This document shows positions 1-11,380 of a DNA stretch of 64,000 bases, piece by piece. A program made the position numbers and the translations under genes. The DNA is from an uncultured cyanobacterium (GTDB taxonomy: Bacteria > Cyanobacteriota > Cyanobacteriia > PCC-9006 > JAAUQQ01): assembly GCA_963718615.1 (NCBI GenBank), contig OY970368.1, positions 2,208,001-2,272,000 of the forward strand, read 5' to 3'. Below the pieces are notes generated by a model that saw only the letters and a list, made by a program, of their open reading frames with translations, did not search any database and had not been told where the DNA came from. The number at the start of each line of letters is the position of its first letter. Position 1 is the first letter of the stretch.

Positions 1-1
1 A

Positions 2-634
2 ATCTCCAGCTTCCGTGCCCTGGCCGAGCGAGCTGGCGTCAGCGAGTGGCAGGTGCGGCAACTGCGGCAGGGCAAGGCCCCTCAAATGCGGCTTGAGGCG
101 CTGCAAAGGCTGAGTGGTGCCCTAGGCTTACCATTGGTTGAGTTTTTGGCCTTGCTGGGGATGATACCTGGGAGAGGCGCGGAGCAGTTGCCCGGTGCGC
201 CCCAAGGCTACAACCAAGACCATGCCCAAGAATATGCCCAGGAATATGCCCAGGAATATGCGCTGTTAAAAAAACAACTGGAGGATCAGCGAGAGGTTTT
301 GCTGCAGGATTGGCAGCGTGCCAGTCTTTATACCCTAGAAACCTGGATGAAAAACTGGCCCAAGGTGGTTCATGTGGTCCGCCATCAAAATCCTGATTTA
401 TTGGCTGCCAAGGTTTTAGCCTTAGTACAACCGGTCAACCAACTCCTTGTCTCTTGGGGCGTTGAAGCCATTGGCGAGATTGGCGAGGCGATCGCCTATG
501 ATCCAACCCAGCACCAATTGAGGGATCAAGATCCTGAAGCCGCTCCCCAACCGGGCGATCGCGTCACGGTCACCCGTCCTGGCTATCGCCAGGGTGATGC
601 ACTTTTACACCGAGCGGAGGTAAAGGTGCTCTAA
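2..634 (+). CDS. XRE-type HTH plus GrpE-like C-terminal domain protein (5' partial)
   Basis: Frame open from window start (ISSFRALAERAGVSEWQVRQLRQG, HTH-like). C-terminus YDPTQHQ...RPGYRQGDALLHRAEV is GrpE-like. Internal AQEY repeat. Confidence 0.7.
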   Translation: MSSFRALAERAGVSEWQVRQLRQGKAPQMRLEALQRLSGALGLPLVEFLALLGMIPGRGAEQLPGAPQGYNQDHAQEYAQEYAQEYALLKKQLEDQREVLLQDWQRASLYTLETWMKNWPKVVHVVRHQNPDLLAAKVLALVQPVNQLLVSWGVEAIGEIGEAIAYDPTQHQLRDQDPEAAPQPGDRVTVTRPGYRQGDALLHRAEVKVL

Positions 635-741
635 ATCCATTGCGTTTTGCAACTTTCTGAGAAAATCTACGGATCTGTCAGCCGACTCATCGGGAGAATG
701 AAACAGAGTTCTTCGGCAATCGCGCTAGGGCGGTGGGGTAA

Positions 742-1446
742 ATGATGAGTATGCGGGAGTTTTTATCAGCGCAAAGGCCTCAATTGGGGTCCGTGGTGCG
801 AATCCTCAGGCCTTTGAATTTTCAGGATGTGAGCTTGCCCGTCGGCTTACAACGACGGCATCTTTGGGGGTTAGTTGCGATTAGTGTCGGCTATCTGTGG
901 CTGGGTTGGGCAATCCAGCATTTTGCGACTCCGGCCTTGATTGGATGGATGGGCTGGGCACTGTCCTTAGGATGGGGCTGGCGAACGATTCGTCATTGGC
1001 ACCCCTGGCTGCCCGCCATGATCACGGCCCTGGTGTTAGTGGGCATCGTCCTGCCGGGCTGGGTTTTAATGCTATTGGCCATCCCCATGGTGGCTCTCTT
1101 TTTCAGCGTCTGGCTCATGCCCGAACAGACACCCCGCACGGCACTGATTAGCAGTCTTTTTGTCTATGGGCTTTCCGCCTTGGCGGCTTGCTTGGGGGCC
1201 ATGATTTTGGGCATGGTAGATGGCGATCGCCTCGACTTTTTAGGGCTGCTGCTACAAATGGCCTTTGCCTTTGGTCTATTGTCCTGGGGAAACCGTTTGC
1301 GCCGTCGGCGGATGCAGCCACAGCCACTTTGGTTTCAATATGGTCAATATGGCATCGCGGCAGCCCTGGGATTAGGCCTCGGCGGCCTGTTGGATCGGAT
1401 AGATTGGGATAGTCTTTTTGCCATCACAACTCATATTTTGCAATAG
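742..1446 (+). CDS. Hypothetical multi-pass membrane protein
   Basis: 234-aa ORF with several hydrophobic segments. Confidence 0.6.
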   Translation: MMSMREFLSAQRPQLGSVVRILRPLNFQDVSLPVGLQRRHLWGLVAISVGYLWLGWAIQHFATPALIGWMGWALSLGWGWRTIRHWHPWLPAMITALVLVGIVLPGWVLMLLAIPMVALFFSVWLMPEQTPRTALISSLFVYGLSALAACLGAMILGMVDGDRLDFLGLLLQMAFAFGLLSWGNRLRRRRMQPQPLWFQYGQYGIAAALGLGLGGLLDRIDWDSLFAITTHILQ

Positions 1447-1848
1447 GTTGGGCTGGGAATTTTGCCGAGCATCTTGCCGGGAATCTTGTAAGAGAACCGG
1501 TGAAATATCGACTGCTTTGATTTCCCAACGGTAGGCCGGTAAGCGCCGTGCCTTTCGTAGGCTAAAGCGGGTAGCGGGAGATTGCGATCGCAACTGCCGA
1601 AGTTTTCGCTCCGCCTCCCGTTTAGTCCGAAATCCCCAGTAGGCCGATGTTTCCCAACCATTACGCTGTTCTGGATCCCGTAGGACACCTAGATTTGGGG
1701 CCAACAACTCCCACTCAAATCCCATCGTTTCAGATCGTCGCACAGCCAGTTCTTGCTTCAGCTCTAGCAGCCATTCTTCAAGGGAGTGAATATCGGCTTG
1801 CAGCAATTCCGTGGATTGAGTCATGGTTTGCAGCAACCTCGCTAGCAT
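1372..1848 (-). CDS. Hypothetical protein
   Basis: 158-aa ORF with N-terminal coiled-coil-like segment; 3' end overlaps the convergent gene. Confidence 0.5.
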   Translation of the reverse strand: MLARLLQTMTQSTELLQADIHSLEEWLLELKQELAVRRSETMGFEWELLAPNLGVLRDPEQRNGWETSAYWGFRTKREAERKLRQLRSQSPATRFSLRKARRLPAYRWEIKAVDISPVLLQDSRQDARQNSQPNLLQNMSCDGKKTIPIYPIQQAAEA

Positions 1849-2002
1849 CGCTTACTCCCTATAGTTTAACTCAAAAGAACAAAGAATGACAACTATAATT
1901 GTCAGAGAAAAAGATTGTGCTGAGAGATGCTCAACAAAACTTAATGAATAACTCACTGAGGTGAAGAAGTAATCCTGAAAGAAGTGATTAAGTGCTTTTA
2001 CG

Positions 2003-2719
2003 GTGAGAATGAAAACTCAAGTCCAGCTACTGGAGTCTGCCAGGAAGGGAAACCTTGATGCTTTGGTCGCTTTAATTAATCAGCCCTTGGTCCACAAAGG
2101 GATTACCGCGTCAGTCAGTGTGGCCAATCGCTGCCTAACGGTGACCGCCGAGGCTCCTGAAGCGCCACCGGAGAAGTCCTTTTTTGTGAACTTTGTTAAG
2201 CAAGGGATTAATACGCTTAAGCCTTCTGGGGTTGAGCGGGTCGTGGTTCGGGGCAAACTAGAGGAGGATGCTCGAATTCTGTGGCGCGATCATTTTTTAG
2301 TCGATGCCTCTAGCCATACGCCTGGATCAATCCCATTTTTTAAGTCTGTGGAAGAAACGCCAACCGCATTTAACTTGAATGGCGCTACGCCCAAGCCGGT
2401 TCGTAGACCCTTGCCTGTCTTTGGTTTTTTGTGGGCCAGTTCTTTTTTGTTGGGGGCCTTGTTGACGGCAACGGTTCTGGGTTGGTTCATGCCCCAGCGC
2501 TTGGCACGAACGACATGGGAATACCGGATCGTCAGTATTGAAGATCAGGATTTTAATTCGGCAATGACGGAGTTAGGCAAAGAGGGATGGGAATTAACCT
2601 ATGCTCGTCGAGCTGTGGCGGATGGAGGGGATTCGGAATACAGCCTTTATGAATTAATCTTTAAGCGGCCCAAATCCCCCCTAGATCGGCAATCTAATCG
2701 GCAATTCGATCGACCATAG
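2003..2719 (+). CDS. Membrane protein with C-terminal DUF4177-like domain
   Basis: One TM segment followed by WEYRIV...LGKEGWEL...LIFKRP motif. Confidence 0.65.
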   Translation: MRMKTQVQLLESARKGNLDALVALINQPLVHKGITASVSVANRCLTVTAEAPEAPPEKSFFVNFVKQGINTLKPSGVERVVVRGKLEEDARILWRDHFLVDASSHTPGSIPFFKSVEETPTAFNLNGATPKPVRRPLPVFGFLWASSFLLGALLTATVLGWFMPQRLARTTWEYRIVSIEDQDFNSAMTELGKEGWELTYARRAVADGGDSEYSLYELIFKRPKSPLDRQSNRQFDRP

Positions 2720-2757
2720 GCGCTCGCTGGCTCGCTTGAAGACCGCTCACGAGCGCC
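2719..2757. terminator. Hairpin between convergent genes
   Basis: GGCGCTCG...CGAGCGCC inverted repeat. Confidence 0.4.
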
Positions 2758-2766
2758 CCCGATGGG

Positions 2767-4458
<1,692 letters not shown>

Positions 4459-4914
4459 CTAGCGAAACTGAGGCTGCTGTCTAGAGGCAGGGGATACGAA
4501 TCTGTCATAAGTAATAATGCTTATGGGCGATCGCCTCTGTCAACACTTGCGCTTTCTGCTCGGTACAAGCGCGGTGTACTACAGGTATTGCGTCTTTTGT
4601 ATTGAGTGATTTTATTTACTAGATAAAGAAGGCGTCGCTAAGTCAGGGTTCTCTTTGAAGATTGCATAAAAAACAACTTCAACGCTTCAGTGCATTCCAT
4701 GGAAATGTTATGTTTTTTCTTGTCAAATAAAGGCGCTCTATCCCAGAGAAGTTTGCTGCAGAAGGTTTCTCTTGTGATGGATTTCAGATTAATAGTTCGA
4801 GCCTCGTGCAGAATTATTCATAGAGTCAGGCCTAGCTTTTCATTGACAGCAGCTTCTCATTAAATGTCTTACCCTACAGAGCGAATTAGTATCGCTTTTT
4901 AACCGGAGCACGCA

Positions 4915-5256
4915 ATGAAAAATCTAGAACTATTTGAAGAGATTACGGAAGCCGAAGAGAGCACCATTCAAGGTGGTAGAACCGATTTGATTTTAGGTGG
5001 ACAAACGATTCAACTTACCGGTAATCCTACCTTGCCTTGGGGCGCATACCTTTCTTTCCCACTCGCTCTTTCCTTCACCCCAGGAACGATTAACTTTGCT
5101 CCGGGATTTGGTCTAAAATTCAGTGTTGCCCAAATCTCTGACGTTCCTAGCTTTAACTTCCTATCTGGTGGTGCAGGGCCTTTCACCAGCCTTCTAGGGC
5201 CTAATGGCCTTGCAGGAGTTCTGGGGTTGAATACCTCTGCTAATGTTCCTGCCTAA
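4915..5256 (+). CDS. Double-glycine-leader bacteriocin/RiPP-like precursor
   Basis: Leader MKNLELFEEITEAEESTIQGG ending in GG; GGAG upstream; next to HlyD and C39-ABC genes. Confidence 0.8.
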   Translation: MKNLELFEEITEAEESTIQGGRTDLILGGQTIQLTGNPTLPWGAYLSFPLALSFTPGTINFAPGFGLKFSVAQISDVPSFNFLSGGAGPFTSLLGPNGLAGVLGLNTSANVPA

Positions 5257-5278
5257 TATTTCTTAGGATTTAACGATG

Positions 5279-5381
5279 GACTGAAGCGACAAGAGCAATG
5301 ATAGACTCTTAGGCTTCAGTCTTCGTATCAAGCTATGTCATTGATTCAGTCTATGAATGAGTGGCATGGCTTGCTTCTTTT
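5279..5381. terminator. Two tandem hairpins between precursor and hlyD-type gene
   Basis: GACTGAAGC...GCTTCAGTC, then AAGCTATGTCATT...AGTGGCATGGCTT followed by T-rich tract. Confidence 0.5.
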
Positions 5382-5422
5382 TGGCTGCAATTCTTGCCCT
5401 AGAATAACTTGTCTAGATCGAC

Positions 5423-6847
5423 TTAAAGGGTCGAGATAATTCTTGCTTTTCTCAGGATGAATTTCAGAGCGTTCTCATCTTTAGTAATGATGTCTGCTTG
5501 GATGTCCATGCCGGGTTGCAAGAAATACTTTTTCCCGCTTCGAGTGAGATAGCTCTCATTCGGTTGAATCGTGATTTCGTAGTAAGGAATGCCAGCAGGA
5601 GCGTCACCTGAGGCGGAGCCGGAGGATTGGCTGGCAACCGCGTCTGAGCCAATGGCAACAACTTTGCCATCTAAGGTTCCATAGTCCGTATAGACGTAGG
5701 CGGAAACACGCATCCGAACTGGCTGTTCGACTTCAATTTGACCAATATCCTGGGGCAACACCCTGGCTTTAATTAGGAGGGGAGCTTCCTGGGGCATAAT
5801 TTGGGCGATGACATCCCCGGTTCGGACCACTTGGCCATCATTGCGGAGATTCAGGCTCAGAATATGGCCACTGGCCTGGGCTCGAATCACCGTTTCTTCC
5901 AGTTCCTTGTCGAGCTGGGTAATTTCCTGCTGATCTTGCTGAATTTTGGCGCGGAGTTGCACCTGCTGCTGCACTAAGGCCGCTCGATTGCTTTGGAGGC
6001 TGGCTTGAGTGGAATCTCCTTGGGCTTGAGCCTGGGCGATCTGTTCACGGGCGATCGCCACAGGGGCCTCACTGGGATTTAGCCCAGTCTTCGCCCCTTG
6101 CCACCGCGCCACCGCTGCTTGATAGGCCTGATATTTGCCTTCGACTTGGACCATGGGGATCACCCCTTCCTGGGCCGCTGTAGCCAAGGCTTCAAATTCA
6201 ACCTTGGCAGCGGTCATGGTTGCCTCTGCTTCTTGGACCTGCTGTAGGGCTTGGATTTGGCGATCGCGATGCTCCCGTTCTGCCTGAGCAAATTCTGCCT
6301 GGGCCGAAATGGTGGTTCGGGCCACCAGATTTTTCTCGGCGTTGGCCTGTTGCTCCAGATTGCCGATTTGCAGATCAATTTGCTGAATCTGCAACTGGTT
6401 TTGTTGAATGGAGTTTTCGAGCTGGCGGCGGCGGGTTTGCAGGCGGGAGTCATCAATGCGGGCGATCGCGTCCCCCACTTTCACGCTTTGCGCTTCTTCC
6501 ACCTGAATTTCACGAACGGTCCCTTCCATCGTCGCTTGGACAACCTTCACTTCTCCAACCGGACGAACCACGCCAGCTGTGCGGACCTTGGTGGGCAACG
6601 GCGTCACCGCTGTGAGTCCTACTGCTGAACCCAGCGCCGTCAGCAACACTAGCCCCCCCAACGTCGTCCAACGACTCAGGACCGGTAAAAATTCATCATT
6701 ACTGAGGGGAATGACAAATACATTGGACGAATTGAGCTGCTCCGCCCCCAAGCGGTTCTGGCTAGGGGCAATTTCTCCTCCCCTCGGCTCAAAACTCATG
6801 CCTTGAGAGGAAGAAACAGGGGCTTTAGGGTCGCGAAAACTAACCAT
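5423..6847 (-). CDS. HlyD-family membrane fusion protein
   Basis: N-terminal TM, lipoyl-like hairpin (VKVGDAIARID), long Q-rich coiled coil, C-terminal LQPGM. Confidence 0.92.
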   Translation of the reverse strand: MVSFRDPKAPVSSSQGMSFEPRGGEIAPSQNRLGAEQLNSSNVFVIPLSNDEFLPVLSRWTTLGGLVLLTALGSAVGLTAVTPLPTKVRTAGVVRPVGEVKVVQATMEGTVREIQVEEAQSVKVGDAIARIDDSRLQTRRRQLENSIQQNQLQIQQIDLQIGNLEQQANAEKNLVARTTISAQAEFAQAEREHRDRQIQALQQVQEAEATMTAAKVEFEALATAAQEGVIPMVQVEGKYQAYQAAVARWQGAKTGLNPSEAPVAIAREQIAQAQAQGDSTQASLQSNRAALVQQQVQLRAKIQQDQQEITQLDKELEETVIRAQASGHILSLNLRNDGQVVRTGDVIAQIMPQEAPLLIKARVLPQDIGQIEVEQPVRMRVSAYVYTDYGTLDGKVVAIGSDAVASQSSGSASGDAPAGIPYYEITIQPNESYLTRSGKKYFLQPGMDIQADIITKDENALKFILRKARIISTL

Positions 6848-7111
6848 GTTCGACCTAGTAACTGGACAAAGAGCCCGATATCTGACGCAATCTGACGCAA
6901 GGTTGATTTTAGAAAGCCCAGAATAGCCCTGGAGCTATCAGGGATTATTTTGTCTGATTTGATACTCTCACGGGGAAAGATAAATCAGGGATTTGAGCGC
7001 CAAGTTGACCGTAAATTCACACTTTTAGGGCCAGTTTGCAAAGAAAAGCAGGCTAGTATGGTTTAGAACTCTCAGTATTTATCACAAGCAGCGATCGCCC
7101 TGGGTCACTTC

Positions 7112-9256
7112 ATGAAATATCCCCTTGTCCTACAGCACAGTGAGGAAGACTGCGGCGCGGCCTCTTTAGCTTCTGTTGCCCAGTTCTATCGTAAAAAACT
7201 GACGATTAGTCGGATTCGGGAAGCCATTGGCACCGGTAAACAGGGAACCAGCCTGTTGGGACTCCGACGGGGCGCAGAAGCTTTGGGGTTTAATGCGCGC
7301 TCGGTGCGGGCAACCGCCGCTGTGCTCGATCGCCTTAAGGATGTCACCCTACCAGCGATTCTGCACTGGCAGGGGTATCACTATGTGGTGCTCTATGGCA
7401 AACGGGGGCGGCGCTATGTGATTGCGGATCCGGCGGTAGGGCTGCGCTATCTGCATCGCCAGGAGCTGGAACAGGCTTGGAACAATGGCATGATGCTTCT
7501 GCTGGAACCGGATCCGGTGCGGTTTGCGGAGCAGGCTGAGGACAAGGTGGGGGGTCTGGGTCGGTTTTTTCGTCGTGTTGCCCCCTATCAGGGGGTTTTG
7601 TTTGAATCTTTTTTAATCAATCTAGCGGTGGGGGGGCTCTCGCTGGCGTCTCCTTTTTTGATCCAGGTTTTGACCGATGATGTGCTACTGCGGGGGGATA
7701 CGCATTTACTGCGGGGATTGGCGATCGCCATCATCGCCATGAATCTGATTAGCAGTGCCTTGAGCTGGGTCCAGGCCAATTTGATCAGCCAGTTTGCCCA
7801 GCGCTTGGAGCTGGGGATGGTGATGGAATTTGGTCGCAAAATTCTCAATTTGCCACTGAGCTATTACGAATCTCGGCGCAGCGGTGAAATTATTAGTCGT
7901 CTTCAGGATATTCAGCAAATTAATCAGTTGGTGTCTCAGGCGGTTATTAGTCTACCGAGTCAGTTTTTCATTGCGCTAATTTCCCTGGCCCTGATGGCGT
8001 TCTATAGTGGCCAGCTCACGATTGTAGTCCTTCTGCTTTCGGTGGTGACGAGTACGACGACCTTTATCTTCATGCCTGTGCTCCAGCAAAAGATTCGGAA
8101 GATGCTGGTGCTCGATGCCGAGAATCAAGGCGTTTTAGTCGAGACATTTAAGGGAGCGTTGACGCTCAAAACCACGACGGCACAGCAGCAGTTTTGGGAG
8201 GAGTTACAAAGCCGGTTTAGTCGATTGGCTCGGTTGGTCTATGGCACAACCCAAATCAATATTATTAATAGTACGTTTTCAGGACTAATTTCGAGTATTG
8301 GGGGGGTTGTTCTGCTTTGGTTTGGCAGTAGCCTGGTCATGAACCAAACCCTGACCATTGGTCAACTGATTGCGTTCAATAGCATGAGCGGTCGATTACT
8401 CGGGTTTATTGGGGCGGTGATTGGGTTTGTTGATGAAATCATGCGGGTGAAAACGGCGACCCAGCGACTCTCGGAGGTGATTGATGCTAGCTCTGAAGAT
8501 TCGGGTACCCAGCGCCGCGCGACGGTAAAAATTCCCGATAATGCCGATATTACGCTGTCTCAAGTGCGATTTCATCACCAAGGTCGGGTCGATTTGCTCG
8601 ACGATTTTTCGGTGCTTATTCCGGGCGGAAAAACCACTGCGATCATTGGTCGTTCGGGCTGTGGTAAAAGCTCCTTGGCGAAGCTAGTTTCGGGGCTTTA
8701 CCCCTATCAATCGGGCAATATTCGGATTGGCGTATTTAATCTAGAAGATTTGGAGCTCGACTGTTTACGACAGCAGGTGGTGTTGGTTCCTCAGGATGCC
8801 CATTTTTGGAGCCGTAGCATTGTCGAAAATTTTCGTTTGGGTTCGCCTTACATTACCTTTGAGCAAATTGTCTATGCTTGCCAAGTGGCAGGGGCGGATG
8901 AATTTATCAGCAAATTGCCCGACAAATATCAGAGTGTGTTAGGAGAATTTGGGGCGAATTTATCAGGGGGACAGCGGCAACGGCTGGCGGTGGCGAGGGC
9001 GATCGCCAATGCCCCCCCTATCTTGATTATGGACGAGTCCACCGCTGGTTTAGACCCGGTGAGTGAGACGGATTTGCTCGATAAATTGCTGACCTATCGC
9101 CGTGGCCAAACGACGCTCATGATTAGCCATCGGCCTCGGGTGATTGAGCGGGCAGATTGGATTATTTTTATGGAGCAGGGCCAAGTGAAGATTCAGGGAA
9201 CGCCGCAGGAGTTGCGATCGCAAATAGGTGATCACCTCAATTTCCTAACCCCTTAA
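7112..9256 (+). CDS. Peptidase C39 domain ABC transporter (PCAT)
   Basis: QHSEEDCGAA catalytic Cys, HYVV, TM domain, Walker A GRSGCGKS, LSGGQ. Confidence 0.95.
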   Translation: MKYPLVLQHSEEDCGAASLASVAQFYRKKLTISRIREAIGTGKQGTSLLGLRRGAEALGFNARSVRATAAVLDRLKDVTLPAILHWQGYHYVVLYGKRGRRYVIADPAVGLRYLHRQELEQAWNNGMMLLLEPDPVRFAEQAEDKVGGLGRFFRRVAPYQGVLFESFLINLAVGGLSLASPFLIQVLTDDVLLRGDTHLLRGLAIAIIAMNLISSALSWVQANLISQFAQRLELGMVMEFGRKILNLPLSYYESRRSGEIISRLQDIQQINQLVSQAVISLPSQFFIALISLALMAFYSGQLTIVVLLLSVVTSTTTFIFMPVLQQKIRKMLVLDAENQGVLVETFKGALTLKTTTAQQQFWEELQSRFSRLARLVYGTTQINIINSTFSGLISSIGGVVLLWFGSSLVMNQTLTIGQLIAFNSMSGRLLGFIGAVIGFVDEIMRVKTATQRLSEVIDASSEDSGTQRRATVKIPDNADITLSQVRFHHQGRVDLLDDFSVLIPGGKTTAIIGRSGCGKSSLAKLVSGLYPYQSGNIRIGVFNLEDLELDCLRQQVVLVPQDAHFWSRSIVENFRLGSPYITFEQIVYACQVAGADEFISKLPDKYQSVLGEFGANLSGGQRQRLAVARAIANAPPILIMDESTAGLDPVSETDLLDKLLTYRRGQTTLMISHRPRVIERADWIIFMEQGQVKIQGTPQELRSQIGDHLNFLTP

Positions 9257-9299
9257 AAGGGTCTGAAGGCGTTGGCCTAAACTATTCCACGGATCTCCC

Positions 9300-9875
9300 T
9301 CATCCCCCGCTCTCGACATCCTCATAAATCTCCTCCAACGCGCCCTCCCAGCCCACAGTCTGCAAAATCAATGACTCTCCCATCTCATAACTTTTTAAAT
9401 ACCACTGTTTCGACCCCAACCCATCCCGCCGATAACAATCGAGCCGCCGCCGCGCCTGGCTAATCAACACATATTCCTGCAAACTTGCCAGCGTCCGATA
9501 ATCTGCAAACTTATCCCCCCGGTCAAAGGCCTCCGTCGAATCCGACAATACTTCAATGATAAGACAGGGGTGCTGCTTGAACTTGAGATTTTGGCGATCG
9601 CGCTCATCACAAGTCACCACCACATCCGGATAGTAATAAATATTGCGCTGCTCAAGGTTGACCTTCATATCCGAGATAAACACCCGACAGCCCGTGCCTC
9701 GAAGGTGGCTGCGAAGAATTACAAAGGTATTCCCTGCGATCGTATTATGCGCATCTGTTCCCCCCGCCATGGCATAGATCTCGCCATTGATATATTCGTG
9801 ACGAACCTCACTGCTCTCTTCGTAACGCAGGTATTCATCTGGCGTAATTTTGGGGGACTGAGGAACGGCAATCAT
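9300..9875 (-). CDS. Uma2-family (DUF820) endonuclease
   Basis: EYINGEIYAMAGG, YYPDVVV, IIEVLSDST, KFADYR motifs. Confidence 0.92.
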   Translation of the reverse strand: MIAVPQSPKITPDEYLRYEESSEVRHEYINGEIYAMAGGTDAHNTIAGNTFVILRSHLRGTGCRVFISDMKVNLEQRNIYYYPDVVVTCDERDRQNLKFKQHPCLIIEVLSDSTEAFDRGDKFADYRTLASLQEYVLISQARRRLDCYRRDGLGSKQWYLKSYEMGESLILQTVGWEGALEEIYEDVESGG

Positions 9876-10012
9876 GGCCTAAGGGCATTCGGAAACGGCT
9901 ACAACTCATCCCATTCTAGCGATAGCACCCTCGGTAAAACCCAACAAAACCAATGCCTAAGCCTTTAGCCTGTTGGGTTTCGGGTCTTAACCCAATCTAC
10001 GGGTTGGTGCGG

Positions 10013-10675
10013 TTAAGCCTCGGCCTTGAGCAACTGAATATTGCTGAAGAGAAACTCAGCGGTGGGTTCATCGGAATCGGCGGGGGCGATCGCCCGACGG
10101 CTCAAAATCCAATAACCTTCCACCTGTTCATACTCATCTTCAAACAAACTGCGCCCGCTCTTGCGCTCGCCTGTCGCTGGATCGCTATAGACCGAGTCAT
10201 ATTTATGGGAAACGTAGCCTTCGCTCGTGTCGTGGCTGCTTTCGGTGTAGATCTTCACCATCGAGCCATGGACCAAACGGTACACCATGGAAATTTCGTT
10301 ATTTTTGACTTCGTAGCGCTCTCCCGCCGTACTGTTCTCTAGGATAATTTCCACCGCACCATCGGCCTTGTTCTCCCCGTAAGCAAAGACATTCTTGCTG
10401 TGGGTTTGCTCAAATGTCCGGCGTACCCGGTGAATCGCCGTTTCCCAGAGCTGGTTCTGCACCGCTTTCAGTACAGCCGGCTCCTCAATCCCCGTGACTT
10501 CCCCCGCGTAACCCATGCGAGGATCGGGTGAAACCTTAGCTTGGCCGTGAACCTCTTGATCGCCACATTTGTAAGTCACATCGGCGGTATAGCCGGGAAA
10601 ATCGGCATCCCAGGTATAGCGGTTTTCATAGGCAGATTGAAAGAAATCCCGTGCTGAAATTTGTACTGCGGTCAT
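10013..10675 (-). CDS. DUF3386-like protein
   Basis: AYENRYTWDADFPGY and HRVRRTFEQTH motifs. Confidence 0.8.
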   Translation of the reverse strand: MTAVQISARDFFQSAYENRYTWDADFPGYTADVTYKCGDQEVHGQAKVSPDPRMGYAGEVTGIEEPAVLKAVQNQLWETAIHRVRRTFEQTHSKNVFAYGENKADGAVEIILENSTAGERYEVKNNEISMVYRLVHGSMVKIYTESSHDTSEGYVSHKYDSVYSDPATGERKSGRSLFEDEYEQVEGYWILSRRAIAPADSDEPTAEFLFSNIQLLKAEA

Positions 10676-10730
10676 AAAAAATGAATCCTGTGATTATGAA
10701 TCAAGCCTGTACTTGCTTTTAGTTTAAAGG

Positions 10731-11096
10731 CTAGCCTAGCCCTTGGCAGAATGCCTCTAGCCCGTTTTCACTGGCAGCCACGGCGACCGGCAAAACCAAC
10801 AGAGCCGGACAGGCCGTATTCCCGGCCAAATGGCGAATGATGCTACTGGTATCGACAATTTCTTCAGGAGACTGGGTAAAGAGCTCACAAATGGCCGGAC
10901 GATAGCGCTTGGCAAGGCTGAATAGCCAGCGATCGCTATTATCAGGTTCTAAGCCAGCATGGATCGCCAAAGCTACCGCTGCATCTTCGACGTCACCTTC
11001 GCAATCTTCGATTTCGTTGAGCGATCGCAAAATTTCTGGGTAGTCCGCCAGCTCGGAGCGCCATTGGTCAATTTGTTCTGGGGTCACCGTCAACAT
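10731..11096 (-). CDS. Conserved cyanobacterial hypothetical protein
   Basis: IEDCEGDVEDAA motif; 121 aa. Confidence 0.65.
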   Translation of the reverse strand: MLTVTPEQIDQWRSELADYPEILRSLNEIEDCEGDVEDAAVALAIHAGLEPDNSDRWLFSLAKRYRPAICELFTQSPEEIVDTSSIIRHLAGNTACPALLVLPVAVAASENGLEAFCQGLG

Positions 11097-11380
11097 AAAA
11101 AATCCTTCCCACCACCATTAGTCCCGACCTGATGCCGACCCCAAGGGTCGGTCTACACCCCTATTGTCCTGTATATCTGGAGCTTCTGCGTTATTGCCGC
11201 ACTAGTGTAGTGCAATCTGCTCGGCAGTCAAGGGTTTAGCGGACCTGTGGCCCAATCGCAGCCCAACGTGCGGCTCAAGCTCGATCTAAACTCGGTCCAA
11301 GCGGAGGGGCCACGGGCAAAACGTTAGAATTCGCCTAGCGACCCTCTCCCTATCTTTACCTGTCCTTCCTTCCTGCCACT

